Shown here: piece after piece, positions 11,401 to 25,916 of the stretch
How positions within the stretch are numbered: the first letter of the stretch is position 1
Layout: the number at the start of each line of letters is the position of its first letter
Translations under genes and position numbers: made by a program
Assembly (NCBI GenBank): GCA_964247055.1
Contig: OZ176050.1
Span: 3,844,001-3,908,000 of the forward strand
Source of the DNA: Paragordius varius
Lineage: Eukaryota > Animalia > Nematomorpha
Reading direction: 5' to 3'
Length of the DNA: 64,000 nt
Notes under the pieces: model-generated
Seen by the model: only the letters and a program-made list of their open reading frames with translations
Databases searched by the model: none
What the model was told of the DNA's origin: nothing

Positions 11401-14400
11401 CTTTATTTCTGCCATTCAATATAATATAAAGAATCGGTTTAAACCAGGGGAATCCAACATGCGACCCGCGAGAAATTTCAAATACAAAATTTTACGAAAT
11501 CTAGAAAAAATTAGTTTCTTAAACAAATTTTCTTATTTTTGGAAATAAACTAACAAAAAAATGTTAAAATAAATATAGTTGTTTAAGAGTCTTGAGACTA
11601 AAATCTAATTAAATGCCCATATATTTACCTAATGTGACTCGCGAAGCCATTTGTGTTGGACACCCCTGGTTTTAACACAAAATATTTTTTCTTAGAGGGC
11701 AATTATTAATACTTAATAGGCTTATATTTGCCAATATATTTAAATCATTATTCATATGAATAATTCATTATATAAAAGCCAATTTAATAATCTTTAGTTG
11801 GTCAACTATTACACTACATTCGACAAATACAGTTTAGAGTTTTTTCTCGTTTTCTTAAAGGGAAAATTATTGCTTTAAGGACCCCTGTAATACAGTATGC
11901 ATTGGTTACTTATTTCATACTATAGTTGGACAATTTGCAACACAATAGGGTATGGAAAAAACAACAAAATGTTGAATAAACAATGTTTTCCTTTCTTTTT
12001 TACATACACTACTGTGTTGCAAGGTGCCCTACTATAGTTTGAATTAAGCAACCATTATTATGCAGACTGTATAATTTTTTTAATCAAGTTTGTTTTTATT
12101 CCTCAAAATTTGATTGCAAATTTTATTAAAATGTCGGTTTAAGTTTAATTCCATAAATTAATCTTAAAATAATCTCATTTACCCGTATATGTAATTGTAA
12201 AACATGATATCCATATCTTTTACAATATTCCATGTAAACGAAACAGATCCTGAAACCTACGAAACAATATCATAAATTTTTTAATTAAATTTATGTACAT
12301 ATTATGTGTAATCAATTAGGGATATGCAGTAATTACATTACATATAACACATAATTTAAGATTCTTATTAATATTGAAAACATTCCTATTGTATTCAGGG
12401 ATTAAGTATTCATTTCATGCTGCAGCATACCTTAAATATGTAGGATAGGATATGATATGAGCTGATAAAAACCTTAAAACCTCGAATAATCTCATATTTT
12501 TTTACTGTTAGATGATAAAATATTTTGATATCAATCTTTTTTTCCTTCTTTTTCTTGAGAAAATAATTAGATTACATAACATTTATTTTGTTATATGTAT
12601 TGTTTCACCTCTCAGGTAAAAACATGAGGGATTAATAGTTTATTGTATGAATATTGTTAAGATCTGGCCTAAGTTTTATGTTTTATATATATGCTGCTAT
12701 GTTGATTTGATTTGATACGTTTAAAATTACATATATTCCATATATGTAAATGAATGATTAATTCTATAAGATAAATATATGATGTTCTTAATGATATTGT
12801 TAGTAACCAGTAAGTCTTATCAATCCTATTAAAATATTTTTAACAATATAACAGTTTTATTGATAAGTTATGCCATGTTAACTTTATTGCACCTGAGAAT
12901 TTACATATATATTTGTAATTGCGGATTGTTTTTTGTTTTTAAGATTGTTAGGATTAAAAATTATCAAAATTATTTGATATTTACCAGAAAATATACTTTA
13001 ATATAATATTTATTTTAATCTATATTTTTTTAAATTATTTAATATTTGTAAAGTTGTATATATAAAAAGTAATTGATTTTCTTCTTAGCGTAATTTGCAA
13101 ATAAAAAGTATAGCCATAAAAATCATACATTGTAGTATGATTGATAGTCAATTATTTATTTACGGTTAAATGATTCTTAGCATTAAATAAAAATGTTTCT
13201 ATGTCATTGAGCCAGATAATTTAAAATATATTATCTATATCAAATAAATTTATTTGACAGGATTTTTTTTAAAAGTAAGAACCGACCGATTGATTAACCT
13301 TTAAGAATATAATAATTTTAATTTTTGAAATTACATCAGATGAATAGGCCAGATATTTAATATGTCAATTTAATGTCTGCTTTTAACTCGAGATAATTGT
13401 ATATAACTGCATTATTTTTTTAAAAATACTTATTTTTTAGTCTAATTATATCTGAAAAATATCTTTTTTATAGAAATTTGGACACTTTAATTGACAACTT
13501 TGTACCTCGTGAATCATACAATTACCCGGGAAAAGATGGTTTCATATTAAAACGAAATAATTTTGAGCGCAATCAAAATGTCAAACCTGACAGCAGACAA
13601 GATTTGACCTTGAAACACTGTCCCTTGTTAGAAAATTGTCATATTGTGAAAAATAGTAAGCTTATTTTGAAATATTGTTTCTTTAAACTTTAGTAAACCA
13701 TATTTCTAAGTTTATAAAGTTTTTAATGTAGTAAATTTAAAAATTTAAATTCTATTAATATGTTTTTAATCAAGATTCTATGTTCTTATTACGAATTGAA
13801 TTATTTTAATATTAAGCTCTGTTTCATAATATTAAATAAATTCTAGGTATATGTGTTTTCATGGATTGGATTAAATTTTTTATCTACACAAAAATCTGTT
13901 TTGAAATTTCGCGTAATATTATTACTAATAATAATAATTGAAGTAATGAAAATGAATTTTTTCAATATTCAGCATAATATGGGATTTTTTTAACTTATAA
14001 TCCATATAAAAATTCTTATTCTGCCATAAGTTCTACTAATCGACAAAAATTAACTAATATAAAATATCTAAAATAACTAAAGTTTTAAATTTTTGACCGG
14101 TTTAAATATAAAAGTCGACAACTTGTTAATTTGAAATCGGAAATCTATATTTTACAAGAAAAAAAACCACAAAATTTACCAATTAGGTTGCTTTTAATAT
14201 TTATCTACAAATAGAAAATTGATAGATTTTTATTAAACTGTTACAATTTTATAACTTTCGCGAGTAACATTTGCCCTAAATATTATTTAAGCGAAGTGGT
14301 TACATTTTAAGTAGGAATACGTCCAGACTCCATCCCTAAAATCCATATGTAAAATAATATTTTAACCATATATGTTATGATAGATGATGAAATACTAAAC

Positions 14401-17400
14401 AAGTTATATGCCATTGCCAAACCTAATGAAATTAAAGTAACTCTTAAGAATGAGTGTGGACTTATTATCCAAGATGGAATCAAACTTTACCGCATTTCAC
14501 AACACAATAATTTATCCATTGGATTACGGATGGAAATGCCTTCAACACTTAGTTACCCTAGTATATATTTGGATATTTGAAAAATATTACATTTTTATAC
14601 TTTTTTTGATTAACGGATAGATGGGGGTAAATGATTCTATAGGTGTTTAAAAAATTTTGCTAGAAATTTAATTTAAATGCTAATGAGAAGAGGAAGACCA
14701 TTAAATTTAAAATGTATATAGTTTTTCTTCGCTTTGGTTATAAAATTTGCTATTACTATTTTTATCCTTAATGATACCAAGAAAATAAATAATTCAAAAG
14801 TAATATAATCATATATTTTTTTATACTTTATAGTTCACATCATGGTGCATAAATTAAATCAATCCCCTACACTTGCTCAATCAAATCCTTCACTTAGTGC
14901 TAAAACCAACACGAAAGATAATTCCACATTGGTTTGGGATCAATCAAAGCCTTCCCACATAAAAAGTGTTGAATCGCATTTAGAAAATACGAAAAAAGAT
15001 GATACAACTTTGCAGAAATCGGAAAAATTTGATTGCGATTTGCATATGGATCCATCTCCTTATGCTAACAATCCAGAAAAAATGGTGTCTGACGATAAAA
15101 TAGATTCAAAAATAAAAATACTTGACATTAAATTGGTTATAAAAGATTGTCAACCAAAATTACATAATGGGCTGTATCACATCAGTTTAAATGGTACCCA
15201 CGATGCAGATGAATTGAAAACAGAAACTTTTGAAATCGAGATTATTACAGGGGAGAAAGAAGGTATTTAAAATATTAATTTAATAAATATTAAATATTTT
15301 TGTGATATTTTATAGGTCTTTCCTAAAAACATTTATTTGTTTAACACTATAAAAAAGCCATTGTAAGTACTTTATAATCAAATATATATAGACAATGTTT
15401 TAACAAGGTTATTTATTTTTGTACATGGTTAATAATTTACGTAATAGTTAATTATTTAGAATATTATTAGATACAATATGTGGCATATTCTTATTAATTC
15501 AGAACATTTGGAATATAATTGACTGTCAATATATGATATGAAATTCCTTATATATCGGTATTATTAGATGCAACTCGCTGTAATGAACTGAATTTTGAAA
15601 AGATGGAACCTCAAACTTTAAAATACGAATCCTCACGCCTACAAACTGCAATCTGGACTGTAAATTTATTGAAATCAATAAAACCACCACCTATGTTTAC
15701 CCTATTCAAGAATGGAATGCGTATGGACCATTTCCTTTTCAATGATTATAATGGGGCAAAACCCAAATATTATTTAGGTACAGTTAGTTTTTGTTGATTA
15801 CATTTAAATTATAAAAATTACCTGGTTTTAAATTGATACTTTGATTTGCCTTAAAATTGTTGTAATTTTTATTAAATTTTTTGTATTTTACATTGGAATG
15901 GTCATTTATTAAACCAAAATTTCATAACTTTTATAGAACCTAGAATGAATGGATTATCCATGATTGTCATCAAACCACAAGAAAATATATATGCACCAGA
16001 ATACTATAAGCAATTCCAAGGCACATATCTTTGTTTAGCTCAAACGTTGACTGGAAAATGTGCATTAGCATTTTTTGGACTGAAAGAACCCGACTCTCAA
16101 AAAACCGGTAAAATATTTTTTCAAAAAAGGTATTTAGTGATCCGAGAATCTAAATTAAAAAAGCGATTAAAATTAATTGTGTTTTGATATAAATTATACT
16201 TTCAATTAAACGAATGATAAAAATAATTAAATATCTGTTTAAGTACATTTCGATATATATGGAATTTATTAAAGAATTTATTGCTTAATTTTTAAAAATT
16301 GCTCCATAGATGATGGATATGTTTTGGAAGCTTCATCGCTTTTGACAAATCAAATTACGAATATGAACACAAGTAAATTATTAATAAAAAATTTTCGCAT
16401 TTAACAAGCTAAAATTTCACTTTATCATAACATTTTTATGTGTCGTTGAGATTGGTTTGATATATATATATTAATAGGTTTTTGACTTTGTTGGTAATAT
16501 ATTTTAAATTGCGCTTTTGCAAATTTAATTACGTAGAAATAGTAAGTAAAGTTATTTCATAATCTAGGCCCTAAAACAACATTTAGATTAATATATATAT
16601 CTATATATAATATTTTAGATCTCAATTTTCGGGTGTATCCATACGGTAGCCAAGAATATGATAAATGTGCATTTTCTGACAACACTGATGATGAAACAAT
16701 CCCACCTTTCCCGCCCGACAGATCAGTTAAAGCTATTCACGAAAGTGTATGTACCCGTTTATACGTTATAGCTGATGCCCCACGTTTAAGCCTTCGTGAA
16801 GCACTGAATACAGAAATGCCTATTTCAACTCCAGATTTTAATGGTGCCATCACTGGGATTATAGGAGGAGTAAATAACGACGATGATGTAAATATATTAG
16901 TTTATTTATTGCATCAAAAATAGTGTTTAAATATAAACTTACAAAATAAGCCATTATTTTATAGGAGTGATAATTTTGTCATGTGTTTTTGCAAAATTAT
17001 AAAAATCAAGAGAAGGATTACATATTAAAAAAGATAGCTTTTAAACATTCTTTTTAGGCCGTTTGTGAATTGTTATTAAATTATTTTATATAATCATTAT
17101 TTAGGTAAAAGATAATACTCAAATCATTTCCGAATCTAATCACACAAATTCACCTAAAATATCGCTTTTGGATCGATTTCCACCTTTTCCACCTATAACG
17201 GGCAATGGTATTGATGTTACTAAGGAAGAATCGCAAACCAAATTAGATAAAAATTTTAAACGCAATTATTTTTATTACACTACGAGTGGTGTTAAACATG
17301 TCCCACAAAATTATTTGAAAGACAAACCACTGTACTATGAATCCAAAGAAAATGATAAAATTATGTTAACCTCAGCAGCTAGCCTTGGTCATACCTTTGA

Positions 17401-20071
17401 TGAAACTGTCCCCATATCTGATCAAGTTATCGTGCACAATGATACAAGTAACGAATCGCAAAAAAATTATATTTTAACTTTTGAGTTAAACCGAAGGATA
17501 GAAATATGACTATTATCTTTTTGATACAAAACTTAAAACAGAAAATGGTTTCAGAAATTCAATCACCTAAATAAATTTATTATTTTTATCTACATTGATG
17601 TTACTATTTTTTGGTTAACTTTTCACATTGTATCAAAAACCTGTGGTTTATATATATATATATATTTAAATTTAAGAAGCAAATGGTTTGAAAAACAATC
17701 GAATTAGAACCGTATTTTTGCTAAAAGAAACTTTAATGATTGAATATTGGAACCGAAACCATTTAAACTTTACATTTGTCTCCTGGTTTACTTTACCAAT
17801 ACAAAAAACATTCGATTAAATTAAATAAATCAACAATTATTATTTAATTGAAATTATATTTTGAAATATAGGCTTATTGTCACCCAAAAATCATTCTATT
17901 GCCTCTATATCCCAATCTTACAATACCATTTCTGAGGACAACAAGGATAATGCCAACACAAAACAAAACTCTAATGAATCCAACATACTAAACAGTTACA
18001 CCAATAATCCCGAAACAATAGATTCTAAAGATTATATCAATACTACAGTTCAAAAACTAAATGCTGTAACTGATCGATTTGGTAATAATGATCAAGCCTA
18101 TGAAATTGAAGATTTTTTCCGTGCACGCAAAAAAGATGCCCTCAATATTATCTACACATCTTTTGCCGCCAATGAACCTTCTTTTCATGAATCCAACCCA
18201 TCGGTTATAGATGATGGCGGTGCAACGAATAGCACCAGTAGTAAAACTTCCTCTCCTAAAAACTACGTTAAACGCCATGATTCTAGTTCTTTACCTCAGA
18301 ATGATTTTGAAAATTATCCCAATAATAGTAAAGAGGATTTGAAAACGACTACTACTCAATCTAACCTAGAGGGCACAACTGTAATTCAAGCTCGAATCCG
18401 TAGAAATTCGTTTTCACCCTCTGTTGCGGCAAATTATTGGCCAACGAGTCAGGAAGGAGCAAATAAAACCAGATATATTAGACGGAGTCCTTTATTTTAT
18501 TCAAACGCTAAAAATAATCAAAATGGTAGCAATAATGGAAATCTTAACAATGGTGGACATTTTGAAAAAGTATCATCACCTGTGAACACTCTGGTGGATG
18601 AAGAAAGGAATAACCCCATATCGGCTAAATTTAATAGCGCCAAAGCAATGTTTGAACAATTGAGTGCAGGGATTAAAGATACGCATGTAAGTTACAAGGA
18701 AAATTAAATTAATATAAATTTACCAATATTTTTTGTTATAAAGGAAACCATATTTTTAAATCCTTGATTTTTTAATACCACCTATATGATTACAATGTTA
18801 ATATCTCTGTTCCTAATTTTTCAATTAGTTTATCAAGGTTTTATATGTTATTTATTTACTTTTGTTTTGTCTTTATAATTTTATTTTGCACTGTATTAAT
18901 TGGTATTTAACATATATTACAAGGATGACCGAGTGTTGCAACATTCCACAAATCATCACCAACTAAACAATGGCCATTTCCATCATACTTTAGCTGGAAC
19001 GAAAATGAATAATTCTTCCTCTTATTCCTCAACCTTTTCCGATGATCTTTCATTCCAAGAGAATAGTGACAACACAAGTTCCAATCTTGACATACGTGTC
19101 AAAAAGGAAACCAATAAAACTAATAAGGTTGTCACATTAATACTTTTTAATTTGTGAACGTCACTGTTTGTTTTGATACAATATACCATATCTTTTTTGG
19201 GGGAGTTTAGTTATTGCATACAAAAGCTGATCATGAAAGCGTCAAGTGGAAAAAGCCTGTAAAAATTCCTACCCCCAACACCACTTGTAATGATTATCCA
19301 AACGTAAAGACTAATGAAAAACCGCATTCTTTAAATGGTTCCTCGTCTTCTTCCCCTTTTGTCTTTACGGATTGGAATCAAAGAAAAAATGATTCAAAAG
19401 TATGTCTGGTTTTTTTTTCATTAACCAATTTTTTGTCATATTTTAACTCACATAATACTTTTTTTCAGAAATATTTTATGGTCGATTCTATTTAAACTTA
19501 ATTACATTTTGTTAAAATAAACGAAAACAAAAGAAAACCAAAATATAAATGGTTTTTAGATGTTTTCGTAGTCTATAAATGGAAATCAAAAATATATAAT
19601 AAAAAATCGACTTAAGTTAAATATTATAAAACCTTTTTAAGGTTAGATATTATATTTATGACCAACTGATTGTAAAACCCGACCCATGCGCTAAAAATAG
19701 TTTTAAGATTTTTATAATATCCAATTGTTCAGTTTCAACAAACATTGCTAAAATCAACGAAATCCTCATCACCCCTTCCGTCCCAAGAGAAATGTCAATT
19801 AGTTTACCACGAAAACATACATGAGTTAGTAGAAAATGGTCACAAAAGTTTTGAATCTATGGAGATACCCAAAAAAGCCATAACAAAAATTATGTCAAAT
19901 CATAATGAATTGGACGGTGATATCAATAATAATTATATTTTACCGTCGATCGATTCAAACTTTGCTTTAAAGCAAAATACTTTAGGTAGTAAAACTGGAA
20001 TAGCTCAGAATATAGGGCATAAAGGTAAAGTTCAAAGGTGCAAAATTATTGTGTATAATCAAAATATTTAA
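8416..20071 (+). CDS. Putative 13-exon, ~1283-aa low-complexity protein with one Ig-like (I-set-type) domain; no obvious signal peptide
   Basis: Phase-compatible GT-AG chain: 8416-8876, 13474-13655, 14384-14560, 14834-15262, 15568-15777, 15937-16107, 16310-16372, 16619-16887, 17105-17447, 17872-18686, 18924-19127, 19211-19399, 19733-20071 (3852 nt, open frame). Ig signature PPPMFTLFKNG...GTYLCLAQTLTG. The link between exons 1 and 2 (4.6-kb intron) and the last exon are least certain, and this could be two genes. Confidence 0.55.
9115..9640 (-). pseudogene. Possible decayed piggyBac transposase C-terminal remnant
   Basis: Minus-strand translation ...KRCL*EKR*RTKPHLKKSICTKHFNTAMCKK* resembles the piggyBac Cys-rich tail (KK.IC..H...MC..C). 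A TTAA|CATTTT end at 9111-9120 resembles MITE family 2. Confidence 0.4.
10470..10611. mobile_element. Tc1/mariner-type MITE (142 bp)
   Basis: TA|CAGTAGTGTATGGCATAAAACAATATTAGTCCATAAAAGAATAAAAAA is mirrored almost perfectly at the right end, with TA target duplication. Confidence 0.85.
11445..11668. mobile_element. hAT-like MITE (224 bp)
   Basis: TIR CAGGGGAATCCAAC / GTTGGACACCCCTG and 8-bp flanks GTTTAAAC / GTTTTAAC. Confidence 0.8.
11893..12069. mobile_element. Tc1/mariner-type MITE with ~70-bp imperfect TIRs
   Basis: TA|CAGTATGCAT...ATGCAGACTG|TA. The arms align through ACTATAGT...TTGCAACACA..TAG.GTATG. Confidence 0.7.
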
Positions 20072-21003
20072 TAACGCACATGATAATATATATGAAAGCG
20101 CATCATTAATTTTACCCGATTTAATTTTTATTATGCATTACGAAAATTATAGATTTTTATAACTCAAACGAAATATTATTAGATAATCGTTTTTCCAAAT
20201 TTTTACAGTGAAAAATGTATATGAACTTTTTTATCAAATTACTAATTATAAATCAACGGTATTATGATTAAAAGAGGCAATTTTGAAATAGTATCACGCA
20301 TCCAAAGCTTATAAAACTCACAATGCATTTTAACAACCTAATTTATTATTAATTATTTGCATGAATTTTTTAATTTATTTTTTAACAAAATTAAATATAC
20401 CAATGAAATATATTATAAAATTTTTACTTGTCAATTGAATGCCTATTGCTTGGTTAGTGTGTCACAAAATAAAATATTAATTTAAAATTTTTATATAGTA
20501 GTTCAAATCAATGGATACATAACTCTAAAAATATGTAATTTTTAAATATAATTTTGTTAAATGCATTCCCCTCCATTGTAATTGAAAGATTATATATTTG
20601 CAAAACATATAAATAAATTATAGCATGCCCTATTTATTAATAAATATAAAATATATATATTAGAATAATTATAGTATAAGTAAAAACTTGCTAGTTTTTA
20701 TTAAATATAACCTGATAACATATCTATAATACAGAAAAATATAAAATATTTTTTTATATTATTACTACAATAATATTTCTCTTTGATGTAAATGGTATCT
20801 GGCTATTATTTAATGGAAAACTAGCAATTTATTTTTACTCTTATTGAGTAAATAATACTGTATGTGCTTAAATAATACTTGGTGTATATGAGGTTAGTAA
20901 TATATATATATATATATATTATTGCATTGTGTTTGTATACAAATGGAAGAACTTATAAGTATAAAAAGTAATGTAATTAATAATTGGAAATATGATCAAG
21001 TGT

Positions 21004-22201
21004 TTATTTAATTTCAGTTTTCTCCTTAAACAATTGTGGTAAATCTTTCCAACATTTGTAATAAAATGGGTCAAGTTTATGGCTTGTTTCTAGGCCCCAT
21101 TTGCTAACCTTGAGGCCCAAACAGGTCTCAAACATAAATGCCTAGGGATAAATAGTATAGATAAATTATATAAGTTGGCAAATGTTTTATCATGGGTAGT
21201 TTTTTTATATGTGGAGTTTAACATTTCATGACCTATTCACTTTTTTGTTCGCAATGACATATTGGGGTAGTTTTTATACCAGAGTCAAACTTGGACATAA
21301 ATTACTTTTTTGAAAGTTATTATTGTTAAATATAATTATAAAACATTGTTCTCCTGTGTTAGATTAAAAAGCTTATATTTTATACATTTTGTTACTTCTA
21401 GCTAAAATAAGACAGCTCCAAAACACGATGGAAATAAACAGCTGTTTTTTTATCAATAAATATCAAGTTTTTATTGGTAAAGTGCAATCTAAAATCTTAT
21501 ATAAGTTAATTATTTTCATTTTATAACATAATATACATTTATTTAAATATTGTAATAGAGATTTAAAAAAATAAAGAAAAAAATGCCTCCGAAAATGTTT
21601 GAGATAAAAAATTTTACATTTTTATATTTTTTTTTAAAAAATTATATTATGCGCCTAAAATGCTAAATAAAACATATTTCTAAATTAAGCCTAATACCTA
21701 TTTTTTAAAATATTAAAACTTACCCCAAAAGTCATGAATTGTTTATATTAATTAGTTACATTATATCTTTATCTAAACTTTAACGGATAATAATTGTATA
21801 AAAGGTGAGCTATTATCAGCTTCCACAATAAAAAATTAGTATAAAATAGCAATGTTACCCGCATTTAAAGCATTTTAAACAACATAATATGGTATAAAAA
21901 TAACTAAAATTAAATTCCATACATCAAATTTTATTTATATCTATCTGGGCCACTTAAGATCAAATTTTTTTATAATAAAGGGTATAAATGTATTTATAAC
22001 CAAAGAATCCGAAGGTAATTTAACAGGAGCCAACGTTGCATTACTGGCCGCTAGGAAGCAATCGAGATCAGGTCCGTGTGGGGTCATGCAACTGTGTAGT
22101 GAAGCGCCCCCGGGTTTAAAACTGCCCTCTTTTTTGGCTTCATACGAACCAAATATAAGGCCCATAAATTCAGACATGCAATTTCCTATATGCATTGATA
22201 G

Positions 22202-22240
<39 letters not shown>

Positions 22241-25200
22241 TATATATATATATGTAAAGAAGTTACATTTAATCTAAACTAGACTTTTAAAATTGACTAA
22301 ACATGAAAAAGAACAAGTACAGTTGGTAAATACTTTTTAGAAGTCTGTAAATCAATTATTAAATATGCAAAAAAAATAAAAACAATGATGGAAAATGGAG
22401 GCACTGCCGCCTAATTCTTTAAACTAATTTAATTTTGCATGTTTGATTAAAATATATTTATTTGTAAATAAAATGAATCAATTTCATGTGAAATAAAAAC
22501 ACAAAAATATTTTAAACATTTCAAAACTAATTCATTATAAATTAAACAGATACTATGATAATAAGGCGGTCTAAAAGTGTGTTCAGCGACGGCCCATCGA
22601 GGGGGAAATATTACAAAATCTGCGATTGCGACTCCTGGCTGATGAGATGGACAAGTTAGCACAGTAAATATGCTTGGATCCTTTTTACAACACAGTATAA
22701 AAATTATTATAATTAAAATAATTATTTTGTTAGTTTTATTTATTCGAAATGTTTTATAATTAAAATATTACAAAAGGGTATGAAAGAGTGTAAAAAGACT
22801 ATATTTTATCAATCTTTCTGCAAAAACAAAATAATTTGCCCTTAGAACTTTATTTACAAATATATCATTACGTATAAAGTATTATATTTTTCCATAAAAA
22901 TCTTACCGGATGATCGAAAGAAACAGCATTTACAGGACAAAATTTGGATAAATCATATTTGTAGGGAACATAGTTTCCGTGCCATGCAACTACATTGTAA
23001 GGTGAATGGTTCTAATACAAAAAAAATATTGATATAATTATTATACAATTCGATGTTTAAAAAACGGTGTTTAGAAAACAAATTTTGTTAAAAATGTTCA
23101 TATATTTTATTTATAATTAATTTGCATTTGTCCAAATGCAAATTTTAAATCGCGTAAAAGCATGTGAATGTAATGCATAATGGCAAATAAATTCTTTCCT
23201 AATTATAATTACCTGTTTGCACACATAGAAATGGTTTTGAAACTTATTGTAAATGTGGTATGGCTCCAAATTATCACGGTGCCTGTCCGAAAGTTCAAAC
23301 CATGCTTGGGGTGTCAGAAAATCGCGTGGGTTTGCCAAACAATTTGCCCCTAAATTAACATTGAAGTATATTATTTTGGTTTAAATAAAATTTTTCCAAA
23401 TTAAATAGGAAATCCAAAACAACCTTTTAAAAAACAAAGGTTCTTAGTAAATTAATTCCTCAATTATTTATTCTATTTTATACATAGTAAGGTTTGTTTT
23501 GTACTAAATTAATTTGGTTAAGAACCGTTTAAAATTGGGAGCAAAATTACAAAACAATTGGTTTCATAAGATTTTCGCGTAACTTTTGCCTGTTGATTAA
23601 ACTAATGATTAAATAAATTCTTTTGTACATAAACAATCAAAAAATTATTCTTCAAAATATGGGTAAGGACATTTTGGGGTTTTAACCATTAATTCATATT
23701 AATGATAATTTCTAACCAAGGTATATTGACTTACCAAACAAATGTATTTTAATTGTGCAAGTGTAAAACATTAAAAATGGGTGTAATTTATAAATTGTTA
23801 AAAAGGATCAAAAAAAATAATTTTCTTGTTTCGGATGTTTGTCATAAATATAAGCGATTCTCAACTATTAATTTATTTAATATTTATTCATATCGGATAT
23901 ATTACTGTTAGCAAATCATAAACCAAAGATTTTGGTCATATTGATACCATAAGCTGTGAAAAATGTGGAAAATGAAAGAGAATTATTAATATTCAAAATA
24001 AATCATCCAATTAAACAAGATAAAATATTAACCTATAGGTCCCAGGTATGGTAATTCGAAATGCCGATCAAAAGTTTCCAAAATATATCCGCGCAACCAT
24101 TCACCGTTCCCTTCAGATTCCATATCAATTGTGAAACGCATACCTAGCTAAAAAAATTTAATCAAATAACACCAATAAAATTCCCTATTTTTGGTTAAAT
24201 AAAGAGTGTCCGAAATTTTTTGTAATTTAATGCTTAATTACTATCTAAATGATCAAAATTATAAACATGAAAAATTTTGCAAATTCAGATTGTGAAATAT
24301 AAAAATATGATAAAAATATAATGTTTACTTAGTAGCGAATTTGTATTAAAATATAATTTTGCATATATTAATACCTGTATTACGCAAATTTCTCCAGGTT
24401 TGACCTCCATTCTCCCAAATTCTGTTTTAATGAACAAAGTCCCATTCTGTGGAACTAAAATAAAAAATTAAAAAAATTGATTCTAAAATCATTAATAACC
24501 AATACTAAAGCGCAAGTTTTACAAAAAATAATTTAAAATAAAAAATAATTAAATCGAAAAATAATTTACTGAAAGAATTTTTGTAATTTCAAATCACCTA
24601 ACCTTTTTAAAAAAAATAAATATTTATATTAATGAGGTACGAACAAAAATAAACCATGCATTAAAAAGGTCATGTTTTAAATAAATGTAAAAAAGCATCA
24701 ACTATTTTGGCAAACGAAATATTTTAAAATGGTTAAAAAAATATAAAATGCTCACCTATTAAAAAATCTCCATCTGAATTGTAAAAAGATCTGTATAACC
24801 AAACATAAACATATAATAGTTAATAAATTTCAAAATAATTAATAAATTAAAGGTAAAAGTCATACAAATAAGTTAAACTAACTATCTTTTTTCAAAACAA
24901 AATTAATATAATTTCATCAAACAAACTAAACTTTAAAATAAAATTAACTTATTATCCATAGATGCGTTGGCGAGATAAATGAAAATATTTACACCATTTC
25001 TCATTGACGGGTCTCCAGCACCACACAAAGTTCTCAAACCTTCGACAAAATTGACTTTTTCCCCGGTAGGTGGATCAAATGGTTCCCATCGAAACTTTAT
25101 TTTTAATAAGAAAATTTAATTAATAGCAAATTATTTTTTCATTTTTACCACGTATGTCATAGTTTCATAAATGACAGTTTTTGTAAAATAAATGGCCAAA

Positions 25201-25916
25201 TAAAAGGCAAAAGCGTAAAATGTAAGCAAAAACATGCACTAATTTTTTATAATGTGCGTAAAAAAATAGTATCAAAAATCTAGTTATAACAACGTAACTT
25301 TTTTCCTTACAATAATTTGTGCAGAAATTACATATCACACGGTACTAACCATATAAAATTTTAATATTTGATTTTTTACAGCATTGTATTAATCACTCTC
25401 TAAACTAATCATGAATGCAATATTATTATAAAAAATCATAACATTTTATATTATAATGTTAAAATTATATTTTTATGTAAATGTGTGTTCTGCACTGTTT
25501 TATACTGCCTTATAAATCTGCAGATGTGCCTTTTAAAAAATACGTAAAGTATATTTATTAAAAGTTAAACAATTTAAATAAATATAAAAACATCACTTGG
25601 TTCGGAGGGGTTTGGGTCGAAAAATCTAGATCAATATTATTTAATGTGTAGGGCGTAAATGGTTCATGGACAACTGATGGTTTAATTCGATACAACCAAC
25701 TAAAAAATAATTGAAATATTAAACCTCCGTTTATTATGGGATCGTGGAAAAATTGTGAATGCTGTACCGGATAATTGCTCTGCATACAAATTATTACTAA
25801 CTGTTTGAGGATTGTTCTAAAAATAAAGCAAATTATACTTGGCCTTCAGGTAATGTACCCTCATAACCAAATGCCTCAGAGCAAAATTCATTGTTAAATC
25901 CGGAGAGATATTGCAT
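21004..25916 (-). CDS. HGD: Homogentisate 1,2-dioxygenase, 12 exons
   Basis: Exons 25916-25839, 25816-25725, 25699-25597, 25094-24949, 24790-24756, 24454-24375, 24147-24033, 23349-23213, 23011-22907, 22680-22554, 22185-22001, 21141-21004. Motifs [48 protein letters not shown] and MTPHGPD; iron-ligand His/Glu/His present. Confidence 0.97.
21222..21741 (+). mobile_element. piggyBac-like MITE family 2, in the last HGD intron
   Basis: TTAA|CATTTCATGAC ... GTCATGAATTG|TTTA with subterminal TTGGGGTAG repeats. Reverse copy at 53494-53927. Confidence 0.7.
22203..22253. repeat. (TA)n microsatellite
   Basis: Interrupted TA run in an HGD intron. Similar runs near 10780, 20900 and 59375. Confidence 0.9.

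Noticed and set aside
14315-14348. Possible extra micro-exon in the large plus-strand gene (also 15317-15362)
   Set aside because: Not needed for frame continuity. The 15317 candidate gives a stop in the required phase.
16964-17040. Possible transmembrane exon (GVIILSCVFAKL) making the Ig protein a receptor, perhaps through a GA-AG intron at a repeated ATAGGAG
   Set aside because: Canonical joins run into stop codons, and a direct phase-0 GT-AG splice from 16887 to 17105 explains the gene more simply.
18057-18278. Antisense ORFs 18057-18278, 30534-30767, 31019-31213, 31857-32048, 45699-46052 and 50683-51054
   Set aside because: Shadow frames opposite well-supported exons.
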